32,000 nucleotides of DNA from Candidatus Saccharimonadota bacterium (GCA_963716945.1 OY970322.1:150001-182000); one strand, 5' to 3'. Counted from the stretch's first letter, positions 8,797 to 18,568 are shown. The notes: a model not told the origin generated them from the sequence alone. Translations and numbers: made by a program.

Positions 8797-9852
8797 ATGA
8801 TTACCGATTTGAGGCTGCAGCACTTCCGATCGTTTGGCGACGCTTCGTTTGAGATCGGCCAAGGGGTTAATATTATCGTCGGGCCTAACGCCAGCGGCAA
8901 AACCAACCTGCTGGAAGCGGTTTTGGTCCTGGCGAGAGGCGTATCGTACCGTGCCCGGGACAACGAACTGCCGGGTTTCGGCCAAGCTTGGGCGCGGCTT
9001 GACGGCCATATCGATAACGGCGGCCAACGGACCGTAAAAATCATCGCCGGGCCACAACCCGAAAAAACCTACGAGATAGACGGCAAAACCCTTAAGCGCC
9101 TGAGCCTGGAAAAGAGCTTGCCGGCGGTATTGTTCGAACCCGACCACCTGCGCCTGTTCAGCGGCGGACCCGACCGGCGGCGCGACTACCTGGACGACCT
9201 GCTGGAACAAACAGCCCCGGGTTACGGCCCGGCCCGCCGGCAATACAAGCGGGCTCTGGCCCAGCGCAACCACCTGCTTAAGCAGCCGGGCCGGGCCACG
9301 TCGGCTGATTTATTCCCTTGGGATGTCCGGCTTAGCCAGCTAGCCGGCGTTATAGTCCGGGCCCGGTCGGAGCTGGCAGAGCAGATAAACTCCGAAATAG
9401 CCGGCCTGTATAAAGAGCTGTCACGGTCCAAGACAAAGGTCGCGGCCCGCTATGCCAACAGCTGGCCGGTTGAGGCCTACGAAACCAGCCTGCTTAAGCG
9501 TCTGGAGACCGCCCGGGCCGACGACCTGCTGCGCGGCTTCACCGGCAGCGGCCCGCACCGCGAGGACTTGGTTGTAACTTTTGACGGCCGTCCGGCGCAG
9601 GAAACCGCCTCCCGGGGCGAGGTTCGCACCGCCGTCCTGGCGCTCAAAATCGTCGAACTCCAACTCCTGCAAGCCGCCCGCCAGCGCCAGCCGCTGTTAT
9701 TACTGGATGACGTCTTCTCCGAGCTGGACGGCCGCCGCCGCCACGCCCTGACCGACTACCTGTCGGCCTACCAAACCTTCATCACTACCACCGACGCCGA
9801 TGTCGTCCTGCACCACTTCACCGACAGCTGCAACGTCATTGCGCTGGGATAA
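8797..9852 (+). CDS. recF: DNA replication and repair protein RecF
   Basis: 351-aa ORF. It has the Walker A GPNASGKTNLLEAV, an SMC-type signature (GPHREDL) and the Walker B LLLLDDVFSELD. Confidence 0.93.
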   Translation: MITDLRLQHFRSFGDASFEIGQGVNIIVGPNASGKTNLLEAVLVLARGVSYRARDNELPGFGQAWARLDGHIDNGGQRTVKIIAGPQPEKTYEIDGKTLKRLSLEKSLPAVLFEPDHLRLFSGGPDRRRDYLDDLLEQTAPGYGPARRQYKRALAQRNHLLKQPGRATSADLFPWDVRLSQLAGVIVRARSELAEQINSEIAGLYKELSRSKTKVAARYANSWPVEAYETSLLKRLETARADDLLRGFTGSGPHREDLVVTFDGRPAQETASRGEVRTAVLALKIVELQLLQAARQRQPLLLLDDVFSELDGRRRHALTDYLSAYQTFITTTDADVVLHHFTDSCNVIALG

Positions 9853-9854
9853 AC

Positions 9855-10532
9855 CTATTCGTTATTAGTCGGGCTGAGGAACGTAATCGTATATTTTGAC
9901 GGGTCAAAACCGACCTGCCTGATCCAGTTAAGCGCATCATTTTGGCCTTGGGTGCTGCTCGCCGTGATAACGATTACGAGCTTAGGTGCCGGACTGGAAT
10001 AATCGATTGTGTAATTAACCTGGAATTCGTTGCCGCCCCCCGAAAACGGTAATAATTGCACCAGGCCGTCGTTCTGAATTGCGTTATAACGAGCCTGGTT
10101 TGCCTCAAGCGCCTTTTGCTGGTCGGCCGGCAAGCTGCCCTCATTGATGGCCTGCGCCTGGAAGCTAAAGGTCTTATCCGGTAAACGAGCGCCCTTGGTA
10201 TCGCTAATATTACTCAGATGCACGCTATAAGTTTCCCCTTCCTGCAATTGCTTATTGAACGAAACCGTAATAACCGAACCGCTGACTGACGACGCCGCTG
10301 AAAGGTTTTGAGGGTACAGCGTTACCGACACGCTTTTAGACAAGGGCTTGCTGAAGTTAATTTTGAAAAACGGCGAGATAGTACCGACGGAGTTTACGGA
10401 GGGGTCGGTTCCGGTAATTCTAAAACTTACGGCCCGGTGTACCGAAAAAGCAATCCACATAACAACTATCAGCAACAGAAAAAGCAAAAATAAACGTACC
10501 AGTTTGACTAACCGCAACTCGTTTTGTTCCAT
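9855..10532 (-). CDS. Bitopic membrane protein with Ig-like (SbsA/Big_5-like) ectodomain; last gene of the T4SS-like operon
   Basis: 225-aa ORF with a single N-terminal TM (LFLLFLLLIVVMWIAFSV). This is followed by ITGTDPS...FKINFSKPL...GETYSVHLSNISDTKG, a pattern typical of bacterial Ig-like domains. It lies 13 nt downstream of the hydrolase gene. Its function is unknown. Confidence 0.6.
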   Translation of the reverse strand: MEQNELRLVKLVRLFLLFLLLIVVMWIAFSVHRAVSFRITGTDPSVNSVGTISPFFKINFSKPLSKSVSVTLYPQNLSAASSVSGSVITVSFNKQLQEGETYSVHLSNISDTKGARLPDKTFSFQAQAINEGSLPADQQKALEANQARYNAIQNDGLVQLLPFSGGGNEFQVNYTIDYSSPAPKLVIVITASSTQGQNDALNWIRQVGFDPSKYTITFLSPTNNE

Positions 10533-10545
10533 ATAATCCAGCCCC

Positions 10546-13125
10546 CTAGTCTAGCGACACGTAACCGGTTATGCCGTTACTATAATAACCGCTGCCTGTC
10601 TCGGTTGAAACTTTTGACTTGCCGGGATAGTTGGCCGGATCGGCGCCGGCGTCCTGGTCACCTCCTATATAGGTAGTCGTGGTGCCGGACACGGATACCA
10701 GGATATTGGTATGGCCGCCACCATAGACGGCTATATCTCCCGGCTGAGGCGTATAACCGTCCCCGTTGGTATGCCAGTGCATACCTTGCTGGCCGGCTTG
10801 CGCGTCGGTTTGCAGGGTCGGTACATACGATATCCGCCAGCTTGGCGACTGCAACGGACTGCCGGCCTGGTTATAAACCCAGCTGACGAAATCGGCGCAC
10901 CAAAGCTGGTTCTGGTTTTCGCTATATTTAGAAAAACTGTCAGCCGAATTTGCCCGGAAGCCGGGGGTCATTTGTCCGGAGTTCCATAAGGCCAGTTCCT
11001 GCTGGGCAATAGTAACTACCTGCTGCTGGATAGCCGACCCGCTGGCGCAGCCGGAGGTACTGGCCGGACTAATTGGGGTCGAAGGCCCCGGCGTCGACGC
11101 CGGCTGGCTGTTGTAGTAGTCATAGTACTTAAGGACTGCCGTTACATACCAGCTGGCATGGTTGTACGAAAATATAAAGCTGCTCCAAGTTGACTCCGGC
11201 TTGTCTTTGGTAGCGCCGTCGCTTTGGGCGTACTTAGCGGCTGCGTCGGCCGATGTGACCAGGTCGTTAATCTTCGAGATGTCGTAACCTAGGCCGGTAA
11301 ACGTGCTTGGCAGGAATTGGAAGGGCCCTTCGGCGCCGGAACTCGAACTGGCCCAGCCGGAATTTGGATCGGGCTGCCCTTTGACGAATCTCGCCCAGGC
11401 CGCCGGCAAGCTGCTCGTATTGGGGTCCGTTTCGCTGCCGCCTAGACCGTGCTCCTCTGAGAATAGGGCCGCCACCAGTGCCGGCGCGACGTTATGGTTA
11501 TTAGCGCCTTGGGTAAAGGCGCCATTATACGGTTCGGGGATGAAGCTGGGCAGCGTACCGGCCGGTACATTTTCGTTATTGCTTGAGCAGCAGCTGGTCC
11601 CCGCGGATGCGGCACCCGACTGGGAGTCGGAACTGCCCTGTACCGCACTGGCCAGGTCCGCGCTGCTGTTTTGAATGTCGGACTTGATTTGCGATGACGA
11701 GTCATCACCGTTAATGTAGACGCCGATTATATAGTCTTTGCCGTTGATCTTAAAGTCGCCGACATTGCCAGCTACGGTAGATGTGCCCGCCCACTTGTTA
11801 TATGCGTCGTTAACGCTGTAGTAATTGTCGTTCTGGGAGGCATACTGCAAGGCGTTCTGAGCGGTTCCGTAGTCGCCGCCGGAAGTACTCAATATATGGT
11901 TCATGGCATCGGCTTCATCGCCAATAGTACTTTTGTTGACGCCGTCATTAGCCGGCGAGTAATAGCCTTTGACGTCAGTGTGGGTGTAGCCGTAGGACTG
12001 GGCTTTTTGGGTAAATGCGTCCACGCCGCCCATCGCTTGCATGAGCACGTTCGCGCCGGTATTGCTTGAAATCTCAAATGTCAGCTGCATGGCATTCCTA
12101 AGGGTTGTAGTGTCGCCGGCTTTCAAGTCTTTTGGATTACCCGTAGAGTAAACCAGGCTGGGATCAACCCGGACTGTTTTGTCCAACGAAATACCGCTCC
12201 TCAAAAGCGTATCGACTATAATCAGCTTCATTGTTGATGCCGGCGTGCTGGGCGGCTGGTCAGACTGATAGCTGGCGATTGTATTGCCGCCTTGCTCTTC
12301 AATGATTGCCGATTGCAGGTTATATTTGGAAACTATCTGGGAAATGTCCAAGTTCCCGCTAACTGCCGGGGCCGGCGTAGCGGTCGATGTGCTGCCGGGG
12401 CAGCAACTGGGTTCATTGGCGGTACCCGCTGCGCTGGTGTCGGTAGCGGAGGCAGTGGGGTCGCTGGCCAGGCTGCCCGTATAAGGTTCTACTTTGGCGT
12501 TGGTAGCCGAAAACGTGTTTTTGGTGCCGTCCCCGGACCAGTCATAAACGTCGACGTGATGGCCGATGATCGCCCCGCCGGTATCGGCCGCCAGGAACGC
12601 TCCGTGCCAGCCGACGGCATTTGGCCAAACGGTTACCAGAGACCCGTAAGGTATGACGTGAGGGTCGACCGCAATTTCGTAACGCGGCAAGCCATGACTG
12701 TTATCAGGACCTTGCAAACTGAGGCCGGTAGACGTAACCCCGCCGCCCTCCAGCGCGCTCCAGGGCGGCCCGTAGGTCGTAGCCAGGAAGCCGCTGCCGC
12801 CGCCGAACGAACCGCCATGGGCGGCCGATTTAGCCTTGTCGATCTCTGCTTGGGTGAAGCCTGTTCCGGCCACGCCGCCAAGCGATTCACCGTTCTTTGG
12901 AGTACTGGAAGCCGTTGCTATAGGTGTAGATGTGCCGGTGCCGGTTGTCGTGGTATCGGTACTGGTCGACCCCGGCGACGAACACGGTTCATAAAAACAT
13001 GTCCCGGCGTCACCGCCCTGCTGAGCGCAGTCGAAGTCATTGGCCGTAAAAGCCGCCGCCTGCTCTGACACTAATAAAACTACCAGGCAAATCGGCACAA
13101 ATAATTTTAGGAGCAAACTTTTCAT
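10546..13125 (-). CDS. Secreted multi-module peptidoglycan hydrolase (3D domain + SxxK serine hydrolase + SLT lytic transglycosylase + CHAP)
   Basis: 859-aa ORF with a signal peptide (LVSEQAAA/F). aa 114-196 look like a 3D/MltA-like domain (IAVDPHVIPYGS...LAADTGGAIIGHHVDVYDW). aa 262-475 carry S297-T-M-K and S353-S-N motifs, as in penicillin-binding or beta-lactamase-fold proteins. aa 540-665 look like SLT (LFSEEHG, GAEGPFQFLPSTF, SYNHASWY). aa 700-859 look like CHAP (LWC743ADFVSWV, GGGH805TNIL). Confidence 0.85.
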   Translation of the reverse strand: MKSLLLKLFVPICLVVLLVSEQAAAFTANDFDCAQQGGDAGTCFYEPCSSPGSTSTDTTTTGTGTSTPIATASSTPKNGESLGGVAGTGFTQAEIDKAKSAAHGGSFGGGSGFLATTYGPPWSALEGGGVTSTGLSLQGPDNSHGLPRYEIAVDPHVIPYGSLVTVWPNAVGWHGAFLAADTGGAIIGHHVDVYDWSGDGTKNTFSATNAKVEPYTGSLASDPTASATDTSAAGTANEPSCCPGSTSTATPAPAVSGNLDISQIVSKYNLQSAIIEEQGGNTIASYQSDQPPSTPASTMKLIIVDTLLRSGISLDKTVRVDPSLVYSTGNPKDLKAGDTTTLRNAMQLTFEISSNTGANVLMQAMGGVDAFTQKAQSYGYTHTDVKGYYSPANDGVNKSTIGDEADAMNHILSTSGGDYGTAQNALQYASQNDNYYSVNDAYNKWAGTSTVAGNVGDFKINGKDYIIGVYINGDDSSSQIKSDIQNSSADLASAVQGSSDSQSGAASAGTSCCSSNNENVPAGTLPSFIPEPYNGAFTQGANNHNVAPALVAALFSEEHGLGGSETDPNTSSLPAAWARFVKGQPDPNSGWASSSSGAEGPFQFLPSTFTGLGYDISKINDLVTSADAAAKYAQSDGATKDKPESTWSSFIFSYNHASWYVTAVLKYYDYYNSQPASTPGPSTPISPASTSGCASGSAIQQQVVTIAQQELALWNSGQMTPGFRANSADSFSKYSENQNQLWCADFVSWVYNQAGSPLQSPSWRISYVPTLQTDAQAGQQGMHWHTNGDGYTPQPGDIAVYGGGHTNILVSVSGTTTTYIGGDQDAGADPANYPGKSKVSTETGSGYYSNGITGYVSLD

Positions 13126-13144
13126 TATCGTAAACCGGCAATCA

Positions 13145-16100
13145 TTAAGGCGCGGCCCTTATGTGTTGATGGGTGCAGGTATCGTTGAAAGTCGTAAACT
13201 TACTATTGTTCAGGACGGGATAAGTCGGGTGGCACTCTATTTGTCCGAACGAACCGCCGGTAGTAGACAGTAAAGCCGCCGCGTCGTTAACGAACTTTTC
13301 ATCTGATGCGGCTTCAGCTCCGGTAGCGCCGTTTTGAATCGAAAAGTCCGCTGACTGGCCGCAAGTATGGCCGGAGTAGGCATCGCAACCCTCTGACGAG
13401 TGGTTGCTGCAAATTGCCGATATGCCCAGTGTCCAGCCGTCGGTTTGGACCAAGCCTAGAATCAAGCCTAGAAGATGAGGAGTAAGAGCTCCCACTCCAC
13501 AGTTCCCGCCTATGGGTATGCCTTTGGCGGTGTTTTGGATATCTTGGCAGTCAGCCGGCCCGCTGCCGCCTGCGGCCGATCCGCAGACGATCTTCCCGCT
13601 GCTTATGAAAGGCAGTAGTTGTTGGGCCAAAGACTGGGAGCTGCCCGTGGGGAGTGAGCCGGCGCTTGCCGGTGGCGTCGTGTCGGCTACTGTCTCGGTA
13701 GCGCTTACGGTCTGCTCCTGGTTAAGCTGGTCCATAGTGTTCTTGTAGCCTTGTGCCACCCGCCAGCGGAAGACCAGGTCCGCCCAGCCGTGCCCGGTCG
13801 GCGACAAGCCGTCAACCGGCCCGGCATTGTCTATATTGGCGGTTCCCAGGTTTCTTGGCGAGCACAAGCCTTTGTCCGGGTTTACGTCGCCGTTGTCATC
13901 ACGAACGATATAGTATTCGCCGTCCGGCGCTTTTTGGGTCAACATGTCGCCGATAGACACGCTACCGTCGAAACAGGCGCCATATCTGGCGGCGATGGCG
14001 TTCTCTTGGCCGCTGGCATCAAGCGCCTCCTGGTTCTCTAGCGGGCCATAGCTCGGATCGGTGGCTATAAGCTGCTTTTCATAGGGGGTGAAGCCGAACT
14101 GGACGTTGCCGCAATAAGTATTGGCGCTGGTAACGGTCGCGGCCGCGAAAGCGCTGTGCGACATCAGCGGGCTGAGTATCGAGCCGATTGAACGGATGGG
14201 ATTGAGCAAAGCGCTGCCAATTTTTAGCGGCACAGTCCAAGCCGAGCTGCTGAAATAGCCACTGGACGCCATAGCCACGCGGCTGATTAACGAATCGGGG
14301 TTGTTGACCGAGGCATAGCGTTCCACGGCGCTCTGCTGGCTCTCGTTGTAGGTAAGCTGGCCTATGTTGCTAGCATTGTCGGCCGCTAAATTCTGGTCGG
14401 TCAACGGCGCCCCATAGAATTCTTGCTGCTCAATCTGGTTGGCATATAAATTAGTGCCGCAATCAAGCGTATTATCATAAGGCTCGCCGGTGGCCAGGCT
14501 ATTATGCGAAGCGCCGATTTTGCTAGCCACAATCGCCTTAGCTATCAAGGTCGCGCCGCCTATGAGCGCCACTTGCTTGCCCGTCTGGACCCCGAAGTCC
14601 TTGAGCTTGGAGCCGCCGCTGACGATTTTGCCGAGTGCCCTGCTGGCAAGAGACGGGACGGCTTCGTCGGCCGCGTTTTCGGCAGCCACCTCGCCGCCGG
14701 CCATGATGCCGCCGCCCTCGCCGCCTGTCAGGTAGCTGACTACGGCGCCAATGGCAATATTAGCCCCTCCCAAAGCTGCCCCTACCCATAAGTTAGTTAA
14801 TGCCGGACAGGCGCTGCCAAGGCTGGTGACCACGCTGTTAAGCGGTTCGGGTAACCCCGTCGCCAAAGAGTACTGCCCGGTTGCCGAAGCCTCGGAGGCC
14901 GGGAAAGAACTTGTGTCGACCGGGATGCCGCTGGCCCGTTCTTCAGGAAAAGACGTCGTAATGTCAGCCAGCTTATAGTCCAAAGCGCCATCAACTTCGC
15001 CGTTGGCGCTGTTGCCGTCTTTCAGCTGCGAAGCAGCCGACTGCATCCATAACGCGCTGCGTTCCATTTGGGTATTCTGGGTATTTATGGTCTGGCCGGC
15101 ATCAGGAGACGTAAGCGACCCGTCATAGACCAGGCACATCGGTACGGCTATCTTATAAAACGGGTTGATAAAGCCGACGATATCACTCAACAGGCCGGTC
15201 AAGCCCTGGGCCGAGTCCTTTATTCCATTAAGCACCGACTGTACCGAATCGGGCAACGAGTTAGGGTCGGGCAATATATTATTCTTAACTTGTCCCGCAT
15301 CGTTAACCTCGGCGGTTTCCGCGGCCTGGGCTTTTTGGGCTATTTCATCAACCGTTCCATTGGGGCTTCCGCTGACGCTGGTGGTGCTAGTGGTGTTGCC
15401 GCTGTTGGTTATGCTGGTCGCCGAACCCTCCTCAGCCGTATTATAGGCATCCTGCTCGATATTAACTTCGTCTTGGGTTTCATCTTTGCCGGCATAACGG
15501 CCGGCCACCCAAGCGACCAAACCGATATTAAGCTCCGAACGTATCTGGCTGGCGACGCGGGCCCTGGTAATCGGCCCGATACTATTGGCCTTAAGGGCGT
15601 CAATCAGGTCCGGGGCGAAATTACGGGAGAAGCTAAAGTCCTTGGTCACGAATTTGTAACCCGGTATAAGACTATTTTTAAGTGAATTCTGAAGCGACTT
15701 GGTCTCAAGGCCGGTCGTCAGGCTGGCCGTTTCGTTATTAATTGTGGCGCTTTTGATATAAGTCCTGCCTAATTTGGTAGTGCCCTCGTTGAATTTTAAA
15801 ATATTATCATTTTGAAAGTTAGATATTACCTTTCCGGGCCGGTAGTCGTCGAAACTGGACCACAAGTCTTTGGCCTGACCCGTGACGGCAGTGGCCTTGG
15901 CCTGGATTTTATCAAGCAGCTGTCCGGCCAGGCTTCTGTCGGTGGCTGAGGCCGCGGCATCCTCGCTCTCGGCTGCCAGCGCGTCGATACCCAGCTTTTC
16001 GTTGGTTATAGATTCGGTATCCTGGGTCATGGAGGCCGTGTTGCGGGCAAACTGATAATCAGCAATATGCTCCGTGAAATCAACGACCTTATACCCTCCG

Positions 16101-16579
16101 ATGATAACCGCCACCAAAATAATCATGCCGATTACGATGACGTTGCTGCCGATAGCGATACCGACCAGCCACTTGTTTTTGAAGGCCCGGGCCTTGACGT
16201 TTTGGGCCTTGGCGCGGGCCCGGCGCAATGGCGCCAGCCGTCCCTCGTCATCATCGGGGTTGTAGAGGTTGTCGTCATCATCCTTTTCCCTGGGATTTCT
16301 GCTGCCGGCCGATTGCTCGGAATCACGCAGGTCGCCCGGGCTGGCCGAGCGGCCGCTGCCCCTGCTCCTGCCGCTGTCAGACCGGCCGCCTTCGCCGGCC
16401 TCATCGGCGCCGTCAGCCCCGTCGCCTTCAGGGTTGTATAATCCGCCCTCCTCGGCGTCGCGCAAATCCTCGCGGGGCACACCGCTACTGTCGCCGCGTT
16501 CGTGGCCGACGCCCAAGTCAGGCCGAATATTCGGACGGTTGGCATCTCCTTGCGGAAGTTGGTCTGGTGGCTCTTCCAT
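13145..16579 (-). CDS. Large membrane-anchored protein with acidic repeat-containing N-terminal tail and C-terminal LAS-type zinc-peptidase-like domain
   Basis: 1144-aa ORF. aa 1-136 are charged and disordered, with a duplicated DLRD...LYNP unit. A TM lies at about aa 137-163 (WLVGIAIGSNVIVIGMIILVAVIIGG). A long S/T/G/A-rich region follows. The C-terminus has SGH1071TCGQSAD1078 (H-x6-D) and CTH1137QH1139 (H-x-H), as in M15 and DD-peptidase/hedgehog-fold metallopeptidases. The CDS itself is solid; the domain call is tentative. Confidence 0.6.
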   Translation of the reverse strand: MEEPPDQLPQGDANRPNIRPDLGVGHERGDSSGVPREDLRDAEEGGLYNPEGDGADGADEAGEGGRSDSGRSRGSGRSASPGDLRDSEQSAGSRNPREKDDDDNLYNPDDDEGRLAPLRRARAKAQNVKARAFKNKWLVGIAIGSNVIVIGMIILVAVIIGGYKVVDFTEHIADYQFARNTASMTQDTESITNEKLGIDALAAESEDAAASATDRSLAGQLLDKIQAKATAVTGQAKDLWSSFDDYRPGKVISNFQNDNILKFNEGTTKLGRTYIKSATINNETASLTTGLETKSLQNSLKNSLIPGYKFVTKDFSFSRNFAPDLIDALKANSIGPITRARVASQIRSELNIGLVAWVAGRYAGKDETQDEVNIEQDAYNTAEEGSATSITNSGNTTSTTSVSGSPNGTVDEIAQKAQAAETAEVNDAGQVKNNILPDPNSLPDSVQSVLNGIKDSAQGLTGLLSDIVGFINPFYKIAVPMCLVYDGSLTSPDAGQTINTQNTQMERSALWMQSAASQLKDGNSANGEVDGALDYKLADITTSFPEERASGIPVDTSSFPASEASATGQYSLATGLPEPLNSVVTSLGSACPALTNLWVGAALGGANIAIGAVVSYLTGGEGGGIMAGGEVAAENAADEAVPSLASRALGKIVSGGSKLKDFGVQTGKQVALIGGATLIAKAIVASKIGASHNSLATGEPYDNTLDCGTNLYANQIEQQEFYGAPLTDQNLAADNASNIGQLTYNESQQSAVERYASVNNPDSLISRVAMASSGYFSSSAWTVPLKIGSALLNPIRSIGSILSPLMSHSAFAAATVTSANTYCGNVQFGFTPYEKQLIATDPSYGPLENQEALDASGQENAIAARYGACFDGSVSIGDMLTQKAPDGEYYIVRDDNGDVNPDKGLCSPRNLGTANIDNAGPVDGLSPTGHGWADLVFRWRVAQGYKNTMDQLNQEQTVSATETVADTTPPASAGSLPTGSSQSLAQQLLPFISSGKIVCGSAAGGSGPADCQDIQNTAKGIPIGGNCGVGALTPHLLGLILGLVQTDGWTLGISAICSNHSSEGCDAYSGHTCGQSADFSIQNGATGAEAASDEKFVNDAAALLSTTGGSFGQIECHPTYPVLNNSKFTTFNDTCTHQHIRAAP

Positions 16580-16615
16580 GTCTGTTTTTCACCGGCTAAG
16601 TCTTACTTATGCTTA

Positions 16616-18568
16616 TTATACGCTATCTGTACTGCCGGCGCTGCCGGGGTATAACCGGTTGCCGAGGTCGATTGTCCCTTGCGGCTGGCTGAAGTCCCCC
16701 GCTTCGTTGGCGGCCTCGGCCTCGATTGCCTGGACCTGTTCAGGGTTAGTCGTAATCAGGCCGGTTTCGGTCGGGCTGGCCACGACCTGGATATGGACGT
16801 GGTTTTGGCCGGCGAAAAACAGCCCCTGCCCGACGGGGAACTGGCTGAGGCGTTTGCGTTCCTCGCTGGTCAGCTTGAAGACTTCGGTCAGCACGTCGAC
16901 GGCCGTCGGCGACTGTTTCAGCAGGAACTGCATCGAGGCGTTGGCGACGATCGCCCGGCCCATCCGCGAACCCATGAAGTCCTCGACGTCCTGGCTGATA
17001 GTAGTGATGCCCAGGTTATATTTGCGGGCCCGCTTGGCCAGGCTGAACAGGAAGCTCGCCGAATCTTCATATTTCATAAGTTGCCAGGCCTCGTCGACGA
17101 TCAGGATACGGCGTTTCTGGTCGGTCTTCGTCTTGTTCCAAATGTAGTTGAGCACGATATACATGGCCACCGGCCGCAGCTCGTCCTCCAGGTCGCGCAG
17201 GTTAAAGACCACCAGCGGATTATTGATGTCGACGTTGCTCTGTTGCGAGAAGATACCGGCGAAAGTACCGGTGGTGTACTTGCGCAGCCGCTGGGCCAGT
17301 TGCGGCCCGGTACCGCCCATGTGCAGCAGCGTGTCATACAGGTCGACGATCGTCGGCGGTACGCCGGTGTGGGTCAGCGGGTCGTTGGTTATGCCGGCCT
17401 TGGCGTAGGTCTCGATCAGCGCCGCGTCGAGGTCGGCTTCTTCCGACGGCGCCAGCGGCGGCCCCATCGCGTTGGCGTTGGCGCCGGCCATCTGGATCTG
17501 GGCGCCGCCCATCATCAGGCGCAGCAGGCCGTGCAAAGTTATTAAGTTGCTTCTCAGGGCATTGTCGGCTTCTTCGGAGTCAACGACTTTTGGCAGGTCG
17601 AAGGGGTTAATACGAGTAGATGAATTCAAGCTCAGCCGGACATAGGCGCCGCCGACGGCGTCGCACATCCGCTCGTACTCGTTTTCGGGGTCGATAATAA
17701 AGATTTCGGTACCGAACATCATGCTCCGCAGGGCCTCCAGCTTAACCGTGAAGCTTTTGCCGGCGCCGGACTTCGCGAAGACCACCGAGTTGCCGTTTTC
17801 CAGCGAGAACCGGTCAAAAATGACCAGCCCCGAGTTGTGCATATTGATACCGTACAAAATCCCGTTGTCTTGGCTCAAGTCGGCGCTAGTGAACGGGAAG
17901 CTGGTGCTTAGCGCCCCGGTGCTCATGTTGCGTCGGATTTGCAATTGGTCGACCATTTGCGGCACCGTGCTGTTCAGGCCCTGCTCTTGCTGTGACGTCG
18001 CGGCCTTGCTGTAAACCAGCTGCTGTCCGAGCATCGACTCCACTTTGTGGGCCACGAACTCCAACTCTTCCATGCTGCCGGCATACAGCGTGAAGTACAG
18101 CCCGAACCGGAAGAAGCGCTCTTCGCCGACCTGCAGCTTGTCGCGCATTTCTTCGGCATCCTGGATCGCTGCTTCTTTGCCCGGGTCGCGGACCCGTCCC
18201 TTCTCGGCTTCGATTTGAATGCCGGCTTCCAGCTGGGTGACCTTCTTGCGCAAATTCTCGAGCACCACCTGGCTCTCGACAGGGTAAATGTACATGCTGA
18301 TATCAATCACTTCGTCCAGGTTGACCATGCTGCTCAGCCAGCCGGTATACAGCTGCCGGGGATAGCCGTAAACGTAGTAGGTCCGGGCATAACGCGTCCC
18401 GAGCTGGAAGTGGGTGTTGCTGAATTCCAGCGAACTGGGCGCTATGAAATCACGCAGCGCCGTAATCCCCTTCTGGAACGCCGCCTGAACCTCCTGTTCT
18501 TCGCGGGCGCGCTGGGCTTGGGCTACGGCTACCGGGTCCGGCGGCGGCTGTTTCTTCTTGCCGAACAT
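16616..18568 (-). CDS. virB4: VirB4/TraC/TrsE-family type IV secretion ATPase
   Basis: 650-aa ORF. Its N-terminal domain is VirB4-like (YARTYYVYGYPRQLYTGWLSSM). It has the Walker A FAKSGAGKSFT and the Walker B RRILIVDEAWQLM, followed by ARKYNLGITTISQDVEDF. Confidence 0.9.
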   Translation of the reverse strand: MFGKKKQPPPDPVAVAQAQRAREEQEVQAAFQKGITALRDFIAPSSLEFSNTHFQLGTRYARTYYVYGYPRQLYTGWLSSMVNLDEVIDISMYIYPVESQVVLENLRKKVTQLEAGIQIEAEKGRVRDPGKEAAIQDAEEMRDKLQVGEERFFRFGLYFTLYAGSMEELEFVAHKVESMLGQQLVYSKAATSQQEQGLNSTVPQMVDQLQIRRNMSTGALSTSFPFTSADLSQDNGILYGINMHNSGLVIFDRFSLENGNSVVFAKSGAGKSFTVKLEALRSMMFGTEIFIIDPENEYERMCDAVGGAYVRLSLNSSTRINPFDLPKVVDSEEADNALRSNLITLHGLLRLMMGGAQIQMAGANANAMGPPLAPSEEADLDAALIETYAKAGITNDPLTHTGVPPTIVDLYDTLLHMGGTGPQLAQRLRKYTTGTFAGIFSQQSNVDINNPLVVFNLRDLEDELRPVAMYIVLNYIWNKTKTDQKRRILIVDEAWQLMKYEDSASFLFSLAKRARKYNLGITTISQDVEDFMGSRMGRAIVANASMQFLLKQSPTAVDVLTEVFKLTSEERKRLSQFPVGQGLFFAGQNHVHIQVVASPTETGLITTNPEQVQAIEAEAANEAGDFSQPQGTIDLGNRLYPGSAGSTDSV

